From: a virus
Lineage: Duplodnaviria > Caudoviricetes
Direction: 5' to 3' (one strand)
DNA length: 64,000 bases
IMG/VR virus record: IMGVR_UViG_3300010163_000012
Coordinates: 37,804-101,803 of that record
Shown here: piece by piece, positions 19,531 through 30,300 of the stretch
Layout of the letters: every line of letters starts with the position of its first letter
How positions within the stretch are numbered: the stretch's first letter is position 1
The notes under the pieces: generated by a model
Told to the model about the DNA's origin: nothing
Databases searched by the model: none
The model's input: only the letters and a program-made list of their open reading frames with translations
Made by a program: the position numbers and the translations under genes

Positions 19531-21363
19531 ATGGCAGACGCACAGCTCAATTTTAATGAGGAAGAACTTGATAAAGCAAGTGATTTGTATCATTTGTATG
19601 ACAGGCTTTATCAAGGGATGGTAAAGGCAAATGAGATTGCTCCTCCATCTTTTCCGTCTTCAGAAGATTTATTGGTTTTAGATGGCGATGGTAATCCAGT
19701 GTTTGATGCGAATGGAGAGCCTGTGCTTGACCAAAATAAAAAGGCAGAAGTAGATAAGGTAGCATCAAGTTATTCTACAATTCTGATGAAGAACTCGGCA
19801 TACCTTTTTGCTAACTCTATTTTATCCGTTATTAGCGGCGATGGTGATGGTGGTGATGGCTCTGGTACCACAGGTTTTGTATCTCGTGCTGGCGATTCAA
19901 TGAAGGGCGCACTATCCGCATGGTATGGGTTTGATGCTGGAGTAAACGGGCAAAAAATCTTTGAGGTATCAATTGATGCGGATGAGAAGAAATGGGCTAT
20001 TGTTCATGGAGGCTTGCAAGTCGAAGGCGATGCTTATGTTGCCGGTGTGCTGAATTTTGGAAACGGTATTGCGTTTGACGGAAATAAAACAATTTATTTG
20101 GATAATGGATCGCTTGTTATAGAACATCAAAGCATATCTATGAAAGGTGATGTTGTAATTGACGGCACTTTCAAATTGGGAGACATTATCATCAATAAAG
20201 CTGGCATTTTCTGGGACAAATACGAGTTCTATCATTCCGGTAACTCTAATAAATCTGATGTGGACTGGACTATGAAAGATGCTAATGTGCATGGTAGTCT
20301 TTCAGTCAAGCAAAATGCGTCAATAGATGGTACACTTGCTGTTGATGGCGGTTTCTCTTTGGGAGCTATACAGAAGAAATTGCTTTACTCCGAAACAATA
20401 GATCAAATCGAAGAAAATGGTAGTGTGACTTCAATAGCCCGTACTGTTCTTGATTCTGATTTGCGTATCATTAATGGTCATGGTATTAAATTCGATGAGG
20501 ACTATATCATTAATGTGCGTAATAGCCAAGTAGTGTCGTTTTCTGCTCCTGGAATGATAATGAACCTTGGGGACAGTGATAACGGCAAACAGACCAGTAA
20601 AATATCGTTGCAGTCTGATATTTGGGATTATTCCAACAACTTCAAGCTCGTTTCTAAAGAAGGCGCTGGAAACTTTATAAATGGATTGAGAGCACAGTGC
20701 GCAGTGAATGGTTCTTCGGTATTGGAAACATTCCGCACTGATGCTGATAATTTGGGCGTTTTATTCCCTAAGCAGATTCGTTTCGGTACCATCGAGGGAC
20801 CGGCAATTTATCAAGATGCTACTACTGGTAAATTAAACATCCAGATGCCTTATGTTAATGGTGAGGTAGAAGGACATCCGACAGAGCAATTAAAGTTTAA
20901 TACGTTCTTCGCTCAGACAACTTCTCCGTTTAGAAACAAGGCGTTAGACTGGTCAGCGACACTTCATTTTGATACTGATGGAGAGTTTTTCTCTTTTGAC
21001 AAGCCGATAGAGGCAGATTATTTTGCAATAAAAAGCGATCAATATCACACCCGACTAATTGAAGACGCTCTATTCTTTGATGACGGAAAGTTCATTGAAG
21101 GCATAACCGATGGCTTGCGATACGCGGGCAATGGGTACTTTGATGGTAACATTTCATCGCCAAGCTTTGCCAGTGGCTTTGCCGGGTATGGTTGGGCTGT
21201 GAAAGATGAAATGACCAACGGAGGCTTCCACGCTACTTTCGACTCACTCACAGTCCGTAAAAAGATGAGAGTGTATGAGCTTGAAGTTCAGAAAATATCA
21301 GTAACTAACGGATCTCTATGGGTAAGTGATTATTGCTCAGGAGACGAAGCGATAAAATTATAG
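19531..21363 (+). CDS. Tail/baseplate-associated structural protein
   Basis: Gly-rich beta repeats. C-terminal SPSFASGFAGYGW...FDSLTVRKKMRVYELEVQKI is typical of Bacteroidota phage tail proteins. Confidence 0.6.
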   Translation: MADAQLNFNEEELDKASDLYHLYDRLYQGMVKANEIAPPSFPSSEDLLVLDGDGNPVFDANGEPVLDQNKKAEVDKVASSYSTILMKNSAYLFANSILSVISGDGDGGDGSGTTGFVSRAGDSMKGALSAWYGFDAGVNGQKIFEVSIDADEKKWAIVHGGLQVEGDAYVAGVLNFGNGIAFDGNKTIYLDNGSLVIEHQSISMKGDVVIDGTFKLGDIIINKAGIFWDKYEFYHSGNSNKSDVDWTMKDANVHGSLSVKQNASIDGTLAVDGGFSLGAIQKKLLYSETIDQIEENGSVTSIARTVLDSDLRIINGHGIKFDEDYIINVRNSQVVSFSAPGMIMNLGDSDNGKQTSKISLQSDIWDYSNNFKLVSKEGAGNFINGLRAQCAVNGSSVLETFRTDADNLGVLFPKQIRFGTIEGPAIYQDATTGKLNIQMPYVNGEVEGHPTEQLKFNTFFAQTTSPFRNKALDWSATLHFDTDGEFFSFDKPIEADYFAIKSDQYHTRLIEDALFFDDGKFIEGITDGLRYAGNGYFDGNISSPSFASGFAGYGWAVKDEMTNGGFHATFDSLTVRKKMRVYELEVQKISVTNGSLWVSDYCSGDEAIKL

Positions 21364-21364
21364 T

Positions 21365-23896
21365 ATGGCAACGCCGGTTAAACTGGAGAAATACCAAATA
21401 CTCATAGCTCCTGATTCCAAGAAAATTCAGGGACTTAGAACAGGTGACATAGTACGTCGCCAATATTTTGACGGCATTAATGTCATCTATTCGCTTATGT
21501 GCGTACTTGCTTACGGCACAACTAAGCGGTTTTCTACTGAAGCGCAATATGATTCAAACGATCAGCCTATATTGGATGCCAACGGTAAGATAGTCACTCA
21601 GGATATAGAGCGTGATGTGCCGTATTTTATAGGTGCGTTACTGGAAGGCAATGCACCGCAGACTAAGGAGTTGCTTGATTTTGCACGTATTACTAACCTC
21701 TTTGACGCTGACCGTTCAGGCGCACTTTATCTAACCGCTTCCGATTCCAATGCGCCGTTTATGGACGTGATAGACGGTGTAGGCCGCAATAAGAGTTTAT
21801 GTTGGCCTGAGAATATCGCGAGTGAGGCATTTGAAGATTCGCACTCTCAATATATAGTTAGAGGTATTGGACTCTCCCAGCTATATAAAGGTAGTGTAGA
21901 TGATAATAACCGTGTCATTCGCCTTACCCGAAATGTGGCAACAAATGATTTCAGTGGTCTCTGTCAAGATTTTTACGAATTGGTAGCGGCACAAAAGCGC
22001 GTGCTTATTTCTTATAAGGCTCGTGCAAACAAGAATGTGTCGGTAAATGCTGAGGTTGCTTACACCAATGGCGGTAATATAAAGGATGCAGAGTGGACGG
22101 AGGATTTTACGGAAGATTGGCAATACATCTTCCAGTCTGTTACGGTAATCAATTCAGGTAGGCACCTTCGTACATTCAAGCTTGACCTCAAAAGTCTTGG
22201 GGTAAATGATTGGGTGGAGATTGCAGACTTTAATATTATATTGCTTGATAGCATTTCCAACTTCGGAGATGCTACATCAATGCGTATAGGCAAACTGGAT
22301 GGGGTGGCTGACCCGGTATTTGGTAATTTGTCGGGCTATGGCGCATATATCCAAAAGCTATACGCCTCTCAGACCGCTCATATATCAGGAACGTTGACTG
22401 CCGGTGATGAAAATGGGTTTGCTTCCACGTTCTATGCAGGTAAGATTCATCGGAACTGCTTCAAAAACTCTTGCGATGTCCGCTTTTTGACATCGATACA
22501 GATAGACAACACATCGCTCATTAATCCGACCGGAATGGGCAATGTGTACAAGACAATCACTTCCAGTGAGCTGATAATGTCGGTACAAGAGCGGGGTTGG
22601 CTCAACGCTCACATCGACAAGCGATACTGTTTTTCATTCTGGGCGTATGCTAAGAAGCCTTGCCAAATTGGCATTAAGCAGAATGGCAAGGTCATAGGTA
22701 CGATTCAGATTGCTTCAGACCAGACACATGAATGGCGACGTTTACATCTTTTCTTTGATTTGTTGAAGCCTGATGCGGATAACGAAGAAATGCGAATGAG
22801 CATTGTTCCAACGTTCTCCAATTCTCTCTATCAATCTGTTGCTGGTAGTGTTGATCCTGATGAGCAAGAATTATATATTACAGCTCCACAATTGGAATCT
22901 GGCGAATATTGTACTCAGTATCAGCCAACTGATGACATACTGGATGAGACTGATGATTATGGTGCTTGGTTCGCTCGTGGTGGTATCGGTGGCACTATTC
23001 AAAACCCTTTGCTTCGATTGAATTATGATGGTACCGGTGCGATAGACACGCGCACAAACTCTTTTAGGCTTAACCAGGATGGGTCTGGATATTTAGCCAA
23101 TGAAAATATCAAATGGAATCAGGATGGCAAAGTGACATTTGGTAAAGATGTTACTCTCAACTGGGACAACCTCGGAAAGGACGCTCAGGATGAGATGGCG
23201 AACCGATATATGAGAATTGTTGGCGAGGATATGTTTACAATCATTGGTCAGGAAGATTCTGTTAACGGTAAGACGTGCAGTCCATCTTCAATAAAACTTG
23301 AACTTGAAGAAGTTGGTTTCCAGTCCACATCAAGCCAACGTAAATGGTATTTGCTTATAGGCGATAACTGGGTTGAGATACCCGGAGCAAACGGAGCTTC
23401 GTTAGAGGTGTTCCCGGATTCATGTTATTGGTTAGGTTATGTTACAGACCCACCTAAGCAAGATGCGGACGGCAATACTATTACACATCACGGAGAAAGT
23501 CGCGTGACGTTCCGCTGTGTCATCAAACTCAACGATGCTCGAACTTATGCTGACACTTTTAATATCAGCAAGCAATACGTTCAGGGTTATACAGTGCAAG
23601 TAACATCCTCACAAGGTAATGCGTTCCAGAACGGAATATGCTCTACTATATTGACAGCCACGGTGTATTATCAAGGTCAGCCTGTCAATATAGAGTATGC
23701 GTTGGAGCATTTCACATTTACTTGGCATCGGTATAAGAAAGATAACCTTACAACGGACCTTGGTTTTGAAGACCTTGATGTAACCGACGGGGATAATGTG
23801 TTGACTTTGAATTATGATATGGATGGAACCGATGTCTTTGTCTGCGAGCTGGGTCTGGCTGACCATTTTGATTACTCATTTCCTATAATATTCTGA
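21365..23896 (+). CDS. Tail protein with carbohydrate-binding-like modules
   Basis: RIGKLDG..DP.FG.L.GYG.Y, two CBM-like segments (ISYKARA..., FSFWAYA...EWRR...APQLE.G), and a DGSGYLAN..I.W repeat. Confidence 0.6.
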   Translation: MATPVKLEKYQILIAPDSKKIQGLRTGDIVRRQYFDGINVIYSLMCVLAYGTTKRFSTEAQYDSNDQPILDANGKIVTQDIERDVPYFIGALLEGNAPQTKELLDFARITNLFDADRSGALYLTASDSNAPFMDVIDGVGRNKSLCWPENIASEAFEDSHSQYIVRGIGLSQLYKGSVDDNNRVIRLTRNVATNDFSGLCQDFYELVAAQKRVLISYKARANKNVSVNAEVAYTNGGNIKDAEWTEDFTEDWQYIFQSVTVINSGRHLRTFKLDLKSLGVNDWVEIADFNIILLDSISNFGDATSMRIGKLDGVADPVFGNLSGYGAYIQKLYASQTAHISGTLTAGDENGFASTFYAGKIHRNCFKNSCDVRFLTSIQIDNTSLINPTGMGNVYKTITSSELIMSVQERGWLNAHIDKRYCFSFWAYAKKPCQIGIKQNGKVIGTIQIASDQTHEWRRLHLFFDLLKPDADNEEMRMSIVPTFSNSLYQSVAGSVDPDEQELYITAPQLESGEYCTQYQPTDDILDETDDYGAWFARGGIGGTIQNPLLRLNYDGTGAIDTRTNSFRLNQDGSGYLANENIKWNQDGKVTFGKDVTLNWDNLGKDAQDEMANRYMRIVGEDMFTIIGQEDSVNGKTCSPSSIKLELEEVGFQSTSSQRKWYLLIGDNWVEIPGANGASLEVFPDSCYWLGYVTDPPKQDADGNTITHHGESRVTFRCVIKLNDARTYADTFNISKQYVQGYTVQVTSSQGNAFQNGICSTILTATVYYQGQPVNIEYALEHFTFTWHRYKKDNLTTDLGFEDLDVTDGDNVLTLNYDMDGTDVFVCELGLADHFDYSFPIIF

Positions 23897-23897
23897 T

Positions 23898-24119
23898 ATG
23901 GCTATTTCAAATCTTCAAATAGGCGCAAAGACATCAAATCAAGGTGTCAACGCTTCAGGCAAATTGACCGCTGCGGAGTTTAATCAATTAATCATAAAGG
24001 TGAACGAAATGATTGATACTCTTAATAATACGGTTTATATCACTCAGGATGAATATGATGCACTGGTAACAGCCGATACTATAAATCCTGATGTGGAATA
24101 CAATATTTACGAAGAATGA
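23898..24119 (+). CDS. Small tail-fibre-associated protein
   Basis: LTAAEFNQLI.KVNE and ITQDEYDAL....I.PD..Y.IYEE motifs. Coupled to both neighbours. Confidence 0.6.
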   Translation: MAISNLQIGAKTSNQGVNASGKLTAAEFNQLIIKVNEMIDTLNNTVYITQDEYDALVTADTINPDVEYNIYEE

Positions 24120-24295
24120 TTACACGCAACGGCATTGATTTAACTGCCAGATATTATGGTAAGAAAGCTATTACAGCGGTTTATCGCGGTACTCGGTTGA
24201 TATGGGAGGCTGTGAATAGCTGCTTTGGTAGCGGATATTGGGTGCGCGAGAAAGCGTGGAGTCAGACAGACGCATGGAGACATTTTAATAATTAA
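24116..24295 (+). CDS. Small Trp-rich protein (59 aa; not in the ORF track)
   Basis: ATGA overlap with the previous stop. MITRNGIDLTARYYGKKAITAVYRGTRLIWEAVNSCFGSGYWVREKAWSQTDAWRHFNN* ends 5 nt before the adhesin ATG. Confidence 0.75.
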   Translation: MITRNGIDLTARYYGKKAITAVYRGTRLIWEAVNSCFGSGYWVREKAWSQTDAWRHFNN

Positions 24296-24300
24296 CTAAT

Positions 24301-27300
24301 ATGGCAAAAAGAATCATTATCAAAAGTGACATCCCGTCGATAGAAGTACCGTGGGATGACGGCACCAAAGCCTATGATGGTGCCGCAGTGGAGCGATTCA
24401 TCAAGAGCCAGCTGTCCTCGAAAATCGGGTATATCATTATTCCACAGGACAAAGACACCGATGGCTATTATCACATTTGGGGCTTTACAGACCAAGCGGC
24501 ATATAACGATTATATGACCGATCCAGATGCGGAGGCTGCAAAACGACTGCTCAATGTCGCTATCCCTCTTCTTGAAGAGCAGGGCGGTGTCAGCAATATC
24601 GTAACGCTCACTCGTAATTCTGCGGCAACGCTTGTGACCAGTAAACCGATTGCAAGCGTGAATGTGTCGTATCTATGGCAACAGTACAACCCTATTACGA
24701 AGGAAACGACTGATCAGGATGAAGATGCGACTATCGTTGTTTCGTGCCGGACACAAAACGCAAGTGGCGTTTGGGGGTCATGGGATTCCAGCAAGGAGTT
24801 CACGGTAAATATCCAGTCTGGTCAGACCAAGATTATTGACCTGAGTTCAATCCTTACATCTGATGCTACATACCAGGTTCGATTAGTGGCAACCGGTGAA
24901 ACGAGCGGTATATCTGCCAGCCCAGTAACAATGTCAATCGTATATTCAAATGTGGAAGCCAATTACGAAGGTTCGATTGCAACCGCCTACAAGGGGAATA
25001 CCATCCAGCTCCCATTTCGTATCTCCGGCAGTGTGCAAAAACAGCTTCGTATAAAAATCAATGGTTACACGAAGAATTTTACGCTCGGCACTACTACTTA
25101 CACCGACAACACCTATGGAGCATCACTTACTCAGGCTGAGTTTGACCTGCTTCGTGGTGCGGTAAAAGCAGAGGCATGGGTTGCTTTTGGTGAAGGATAT
25201 TCCGCAGAAACAGAACGTCAGGAGTTCCAGTTCATCTATATCCCTGAAGGCGATACTAATATGTCGCCTATCCTCGCTGTTACGGATATTATGGATGAGT
25301 TTCAAAACTGGACTCGCGCAACTATCTTCCGTTATGCGATATTTAATCCGGCTGGGAATACCACTCCATTGCGTTTAACCCTTCAGGATCGTGATACGGG
25401 TCAAGTTTATATTCAAAAGGAACAAGAGTGCATCAACGGAGAAAGTTATGCGTTTGACGAGAACTTCTCAATGGAATACGATGGTGATGAGCAGCCTAAT
25501 ATCATCAACGCTCAGGCTATATTTACCAATTTATCCGGTGTGCCCTATGGTAACAACATCAACTTTATAGTTGACAATTCAGAGAACTTTGCTCCGACAC
25601 GTGGGGCAAACGTCGTGCTGTCGGCTGAGACACGAAAAATCAATGTTAATGGCACAAGTTATCAGCTCAACGACTTGTTGACAAACCCTGATGATACTAA
25701 CACCGGCTGGAAGTATAATCAAGAAACCGATGCAACCGGGCGCGAAGTCAGTGTTCCGGTTCTCAGTATCGGAGCCGGAAATCGCTTGAAACTCCCTGAA
25801 GAACTATTCGATGACAATACCGGTCACAATATTGGAGGGCTGGAGGGGTCTATTACTATTGAGTTTGACCTCAAAGTGAAGAATATTGTAGGAGAATCCG
25901 CTGTCATCGATGCTTCGGCACCGTTCAATGGCGTTTATACCGGTCTGAAGTTCTATCCTACTCGTGCCGTATGCCTTAGCCGTAACAACTTTACGGAGGA
26001 TATTTGTGATGCGCACTTCCAGGAGGAGGTACGTGAACATATCGCAATCAACATCATCCGTAATCTCCGTGGCGAAGGGCTGAATCTTGTTCGTATCTAC
26101 GTTAACGGTAAGGCTAACCGTGAGTTCATCTATACCGATGACGATTACTTTACTCCTATCGGCGCAAAGGGCGCACAAGAAATTATAATCGGTTCAGATG
26201 AGGCAGACATTGACATATATGGTGTACGAATATACAAAAACCAGCAGTTAGGCTCTACCCAGATTCAGAATGACTATATGGCTGGGATGCCGACCATTGA
26301 GGATAAGAAGTTGTTCAAACATTTCAATTCTATCTTCAATGGTACGGAAATCGGTTATGACCTTTGTAACGCAATGGGATTAAATACCCTTTGCTACAGA
26401 ATACCTAAAGACGGGCATTTCCCTTCACGAGAAAATCAGAGTAAGCAGAAAGAAGTAGCCCTGGATGTTCGTATCTATACGGAACGAGGCAATGCTGAAT
26501 CACTTGACACAAAACATTCGGGTACATTTATCGGAATGACAATCAAGGGTCAAGGAACTTCCGCCAAAGGCTATTACTGGTGGAATCAAACTTCCGGGTT
26601 TGAAGATGATGAGGAAATCTCAGCAGAAGAGTATAATCCGAATGCTCCCACTCATTATACTGAAAATGGCAAATATTTCCGTAAAATTTCATACTTCAAT
26701 TCGCTTGATGGCGTAAGTCAAGTATATGCCAGCAAGTATGAGCTTGAAGATGGGCGTGGAGGGATTACGAAACTTGTAGGTAAATGCAATTACGCATCTC
26801 CCATGCAAAGCCATAAGTTAGGCGCTATTTGGGCCTATGATGAACTTTGGCAGGCTTTGGTAAACGATGGGCTCAATGGTCGTCCTAAACTGACTGGCCA
26901 TGCGTGTTGCTATGAAAAGCCGTTCCTCTGCTTCTACCAAATTGGTACTGGTAATCCGGTATTTTGTGGCTTCCAGACCTGGGGCAGCGGTAAGGGCGAC
27001 AAGAAAACATTCGGTTACGATAAAAAGAAGTCGCCCGATTATATGTGCATATCCGGTGCAGATAATGGTTCTATCGCTGCGTTATTCCAGATGCCCTGGG
27101 TGGTTAACAAAAATCCGCAAGGTGCATGGGAGGGCAATATCTATCCTAAAAGCGTGACCATCAACACTGGTGACATCAAAAATGGTTATTGCTACAAGGC
27201 AGGCTCCAGCGACACTTTGTCTTTTGAAGTTGAGATTGGTAGCAAATATGATGGAGGTGAAACCACTAATGGCGTACAACGCATTGAAGATGAGGCAAAA

Positions 27301-30300
27301 GAAGGTACAGAGACTACATTGTTCACTCATTTTGCAGACTTCGCAAACTTTATATTTGCTTGTTCGCCCTTGCTCAAACCTTATGCCGGTACTGAAGCTC
27401 AACTCATAGCAGACAGTGCCAATCTTGTGCGTGACCATCAGTATTGGCTTTTCAACTCAGGTGCAGACAGATACAGTATTTACTACTACAATCCGGCTAC
27501 AGCCAAGTTCGAGAAAATCATCAAAGTTCCTACTGCGTGGGGTGCAGATGGTCGCGCTTATTCTTATGGAAGTCTGAAGTTGACTGAGCAACTTGCCGGA
27601 GTGATCATATCCATCGATACGGTGAACGGTAAGAAGAATGTCACGCTGGAAGAGGCAATGGACACACTCGGAACGTCGGATATGAATGTGTTGAATGAGT
27701 GCTTTTCAAAGGCTCGCGTGGCTTATTTCAAAGCTCATGCAGATGCTTATATCGATAAGCCGGATATTATCTTTCATCAGGCTTTTTGTAAACTGGAAGC
27801 GGCTACCGATAATCGTACTAAGAATACTTATTATTGGATTGACCCAGCAGTGGATAAATTGGTACGTCTGAAGCAAGATGACCTTGATACTATCAAGGCG
27901 ACCGACAATCAGGGTCGTCAGACCAAGCCTTACTACGCTTTGGAACACACCAAGGATGAAAGCGGAAGTAACTATTGGAACGGTGAGAACAATATCTTTT
28001 ATACGCTGATTGAACGAGCTTATCCAGACTTGCTCCGCAATATGATGCGAGACATATTCGCCCGTATGGCTCTTATCTGTGGCAGCGTGGAGGAATATTA
28101 CCAGCAACGTTTCTACTGGGTTCAGGAATATTTCCCTGCTGTAGCATACAATGAGACAAGCCGTGTGTTGTATGAAGTTGCTCAGGTAAAATTGATCAAT
28201 GGATTGATTGATGTCAGCCAAGACCCCATCACACAGGCTATTGGAGACCAGCTCGAATGTGAGAAACAGTTTATGAACCGGCGTTTGCCTATGCTGATGT
28301 CATGGTGCGAATACGAGACTGGTGGCGATGGTACTCTCACTTTCCGTTCTGTTAACAATAATGCTGGTCTTTCTCCTGTTTACGACATCGAATACACTGC
28401 TTATCAGTACATTTATCCCAAGATGGCGATTGGTGGAAAAATGGCTACCATATACGCTAAGAAAGATAATGAATGGGTGGCGCAAGACGGTAGCGAACCT
28501 TACCTCTGCGCACCGGGTGAGACAGTCCGTATGGTTTGCGATACCGACTCAAACACCCAGTTCACAATGCGCTGGATGCACTATGCCAAAAGTATCGGCA
28601 ATATCGGAACCCTTCCTTGCGGTGATGACGGTAGTGTTAACATTACAGGCCGACGCTTGCGCAAATTGGAATGTTGGTCTCCAGACGGAACTCCCATCGA
28701 ATTTCACCCAAGAGGTTTGGCAATTTCCAATTGCCGGAATTTGGAAGAAATAAACTTGGCCAATGCCTCAGTTTTTGCAGGCACTTTTGCCGGGGATTTT
28801 CCGCGTCTTAAAGTCTTGTCTTTGCGAGGCTCAGGCTATACAAGTGTTACACTTCCCAAGACTTCAACGTTAATCAGCGTCGAATTACCGGCTTCTGTGA
28901 ATGAAATCAAAGTTGACGGTCAGCCAAATCTCTCTTCACTTCTCGTTGAGGGGTTGGAGAATTTGCGGACTCTCAGTATTATCGGTAAGCATAAGGTTGG
29001 CTCACATACCCAATCGCTTGTTCAGTTGGCTTATACCCAATCGAAGAATATCAATAGTATCGAAATCGAAAACGTGTCGTGGACCGGTTTTGCAGTTGAT
29101 GTAATGATGTGGCTTCAAGGTATGGCAGCATCTGTTACTGGAGTTATTTCGTTGACCGGCAATCTAACCTTCGATAACAAACTCGCGTTGGCAGGCACTT
29201 ATGGCGATATTGATAACACAGGTAATCCTCTCTACATATCATACTCGCGTAGGGCTATAAATAGCATCTCCATTCAGGGACTATCTTACATTACTAAGAC
29301 AGGAACATTCCAGTATAAATTGGTATGCTCACCTTCAACCGGAAACGATATTGCCCTTAAAAACGGTAAGCTGGATATTGAGTGGTCTATTGACGATAGC
29401 GCAAAAACTTACGGCTCTTTCACAGATTCCTTGAACGGTCTCTTGAAAGTTACCAAGTTGGATGAAAGCGGTACCGATATGCGATATATCATTCAGTGTA
29501 CTATTGCCAAAACTTCTGGTGCAACTTTGACAGCCGATTATCAAGTTGGTTTTTATCGTCGAATACCAAAGATAGGCGATTTTGCTTATGCTGATGGTAC
29601 TTTTGATGATCAATACATGAAAGACAAAACGGTTGTTGGTATCGTTTATAAGCTCAACGAAATGTGGCAGGGGGCAGATGAGGCTGAGCCTACAATCTTC
29701 ACAGGCTATAACAAACCGACTGAAGTATTCAAGTCCACTCGCAAACTGGTAGGCTATCAGATTCTTGTTGACTGCAAAGAGAATGTGCCATACAAGAGTT
29801 CTGACGGGTTTATCAATTCGGGTAGCGCGGTGTTCGGTCTTTACCCTTCCAGCGATACTAATGGACATGGCGCAATTCAGAATGAGATTATGGCCGCTAC
29901 CGGAATTTCCAGTATCTTTGATATTCCAGGTATAAGCAATATTACTGGTCGAGGCTGGGATGGCGGTGTCAATAATGACTATCTGACTACCGGCAACTAT
30001 CTTGACGAAAACGCTGATGATGGGTTTAAGGATTGGAGCACTTCTACAGGAACAGTTGCAGACTGGCAAGGTAAGCAAAAGACTCAGGCGATTGTTCGTC
30101 ACACCAATCAAATTATCAATGCGTATCTGCTTTCCGATGCAAACGAATCGGTAGGTACATATTACACCGATGATGACGGTGTTGAACATCAATTCGCAGA
30201 GATTCCTACTACGGTAGAGGAACTGGCAAATGCTATGGAGGTGCTGCATAAAGCCAACAATAATCTGACCAAATATCAGCAGTTCCTGTACCCGGCAGCT

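Noticed and set aside
29335-30249. 304-aa antisense ORF inside the adhesin gene
   Set aside because: Fully nested on the opposite strand of a well-supported gene; no motif or expression signal.
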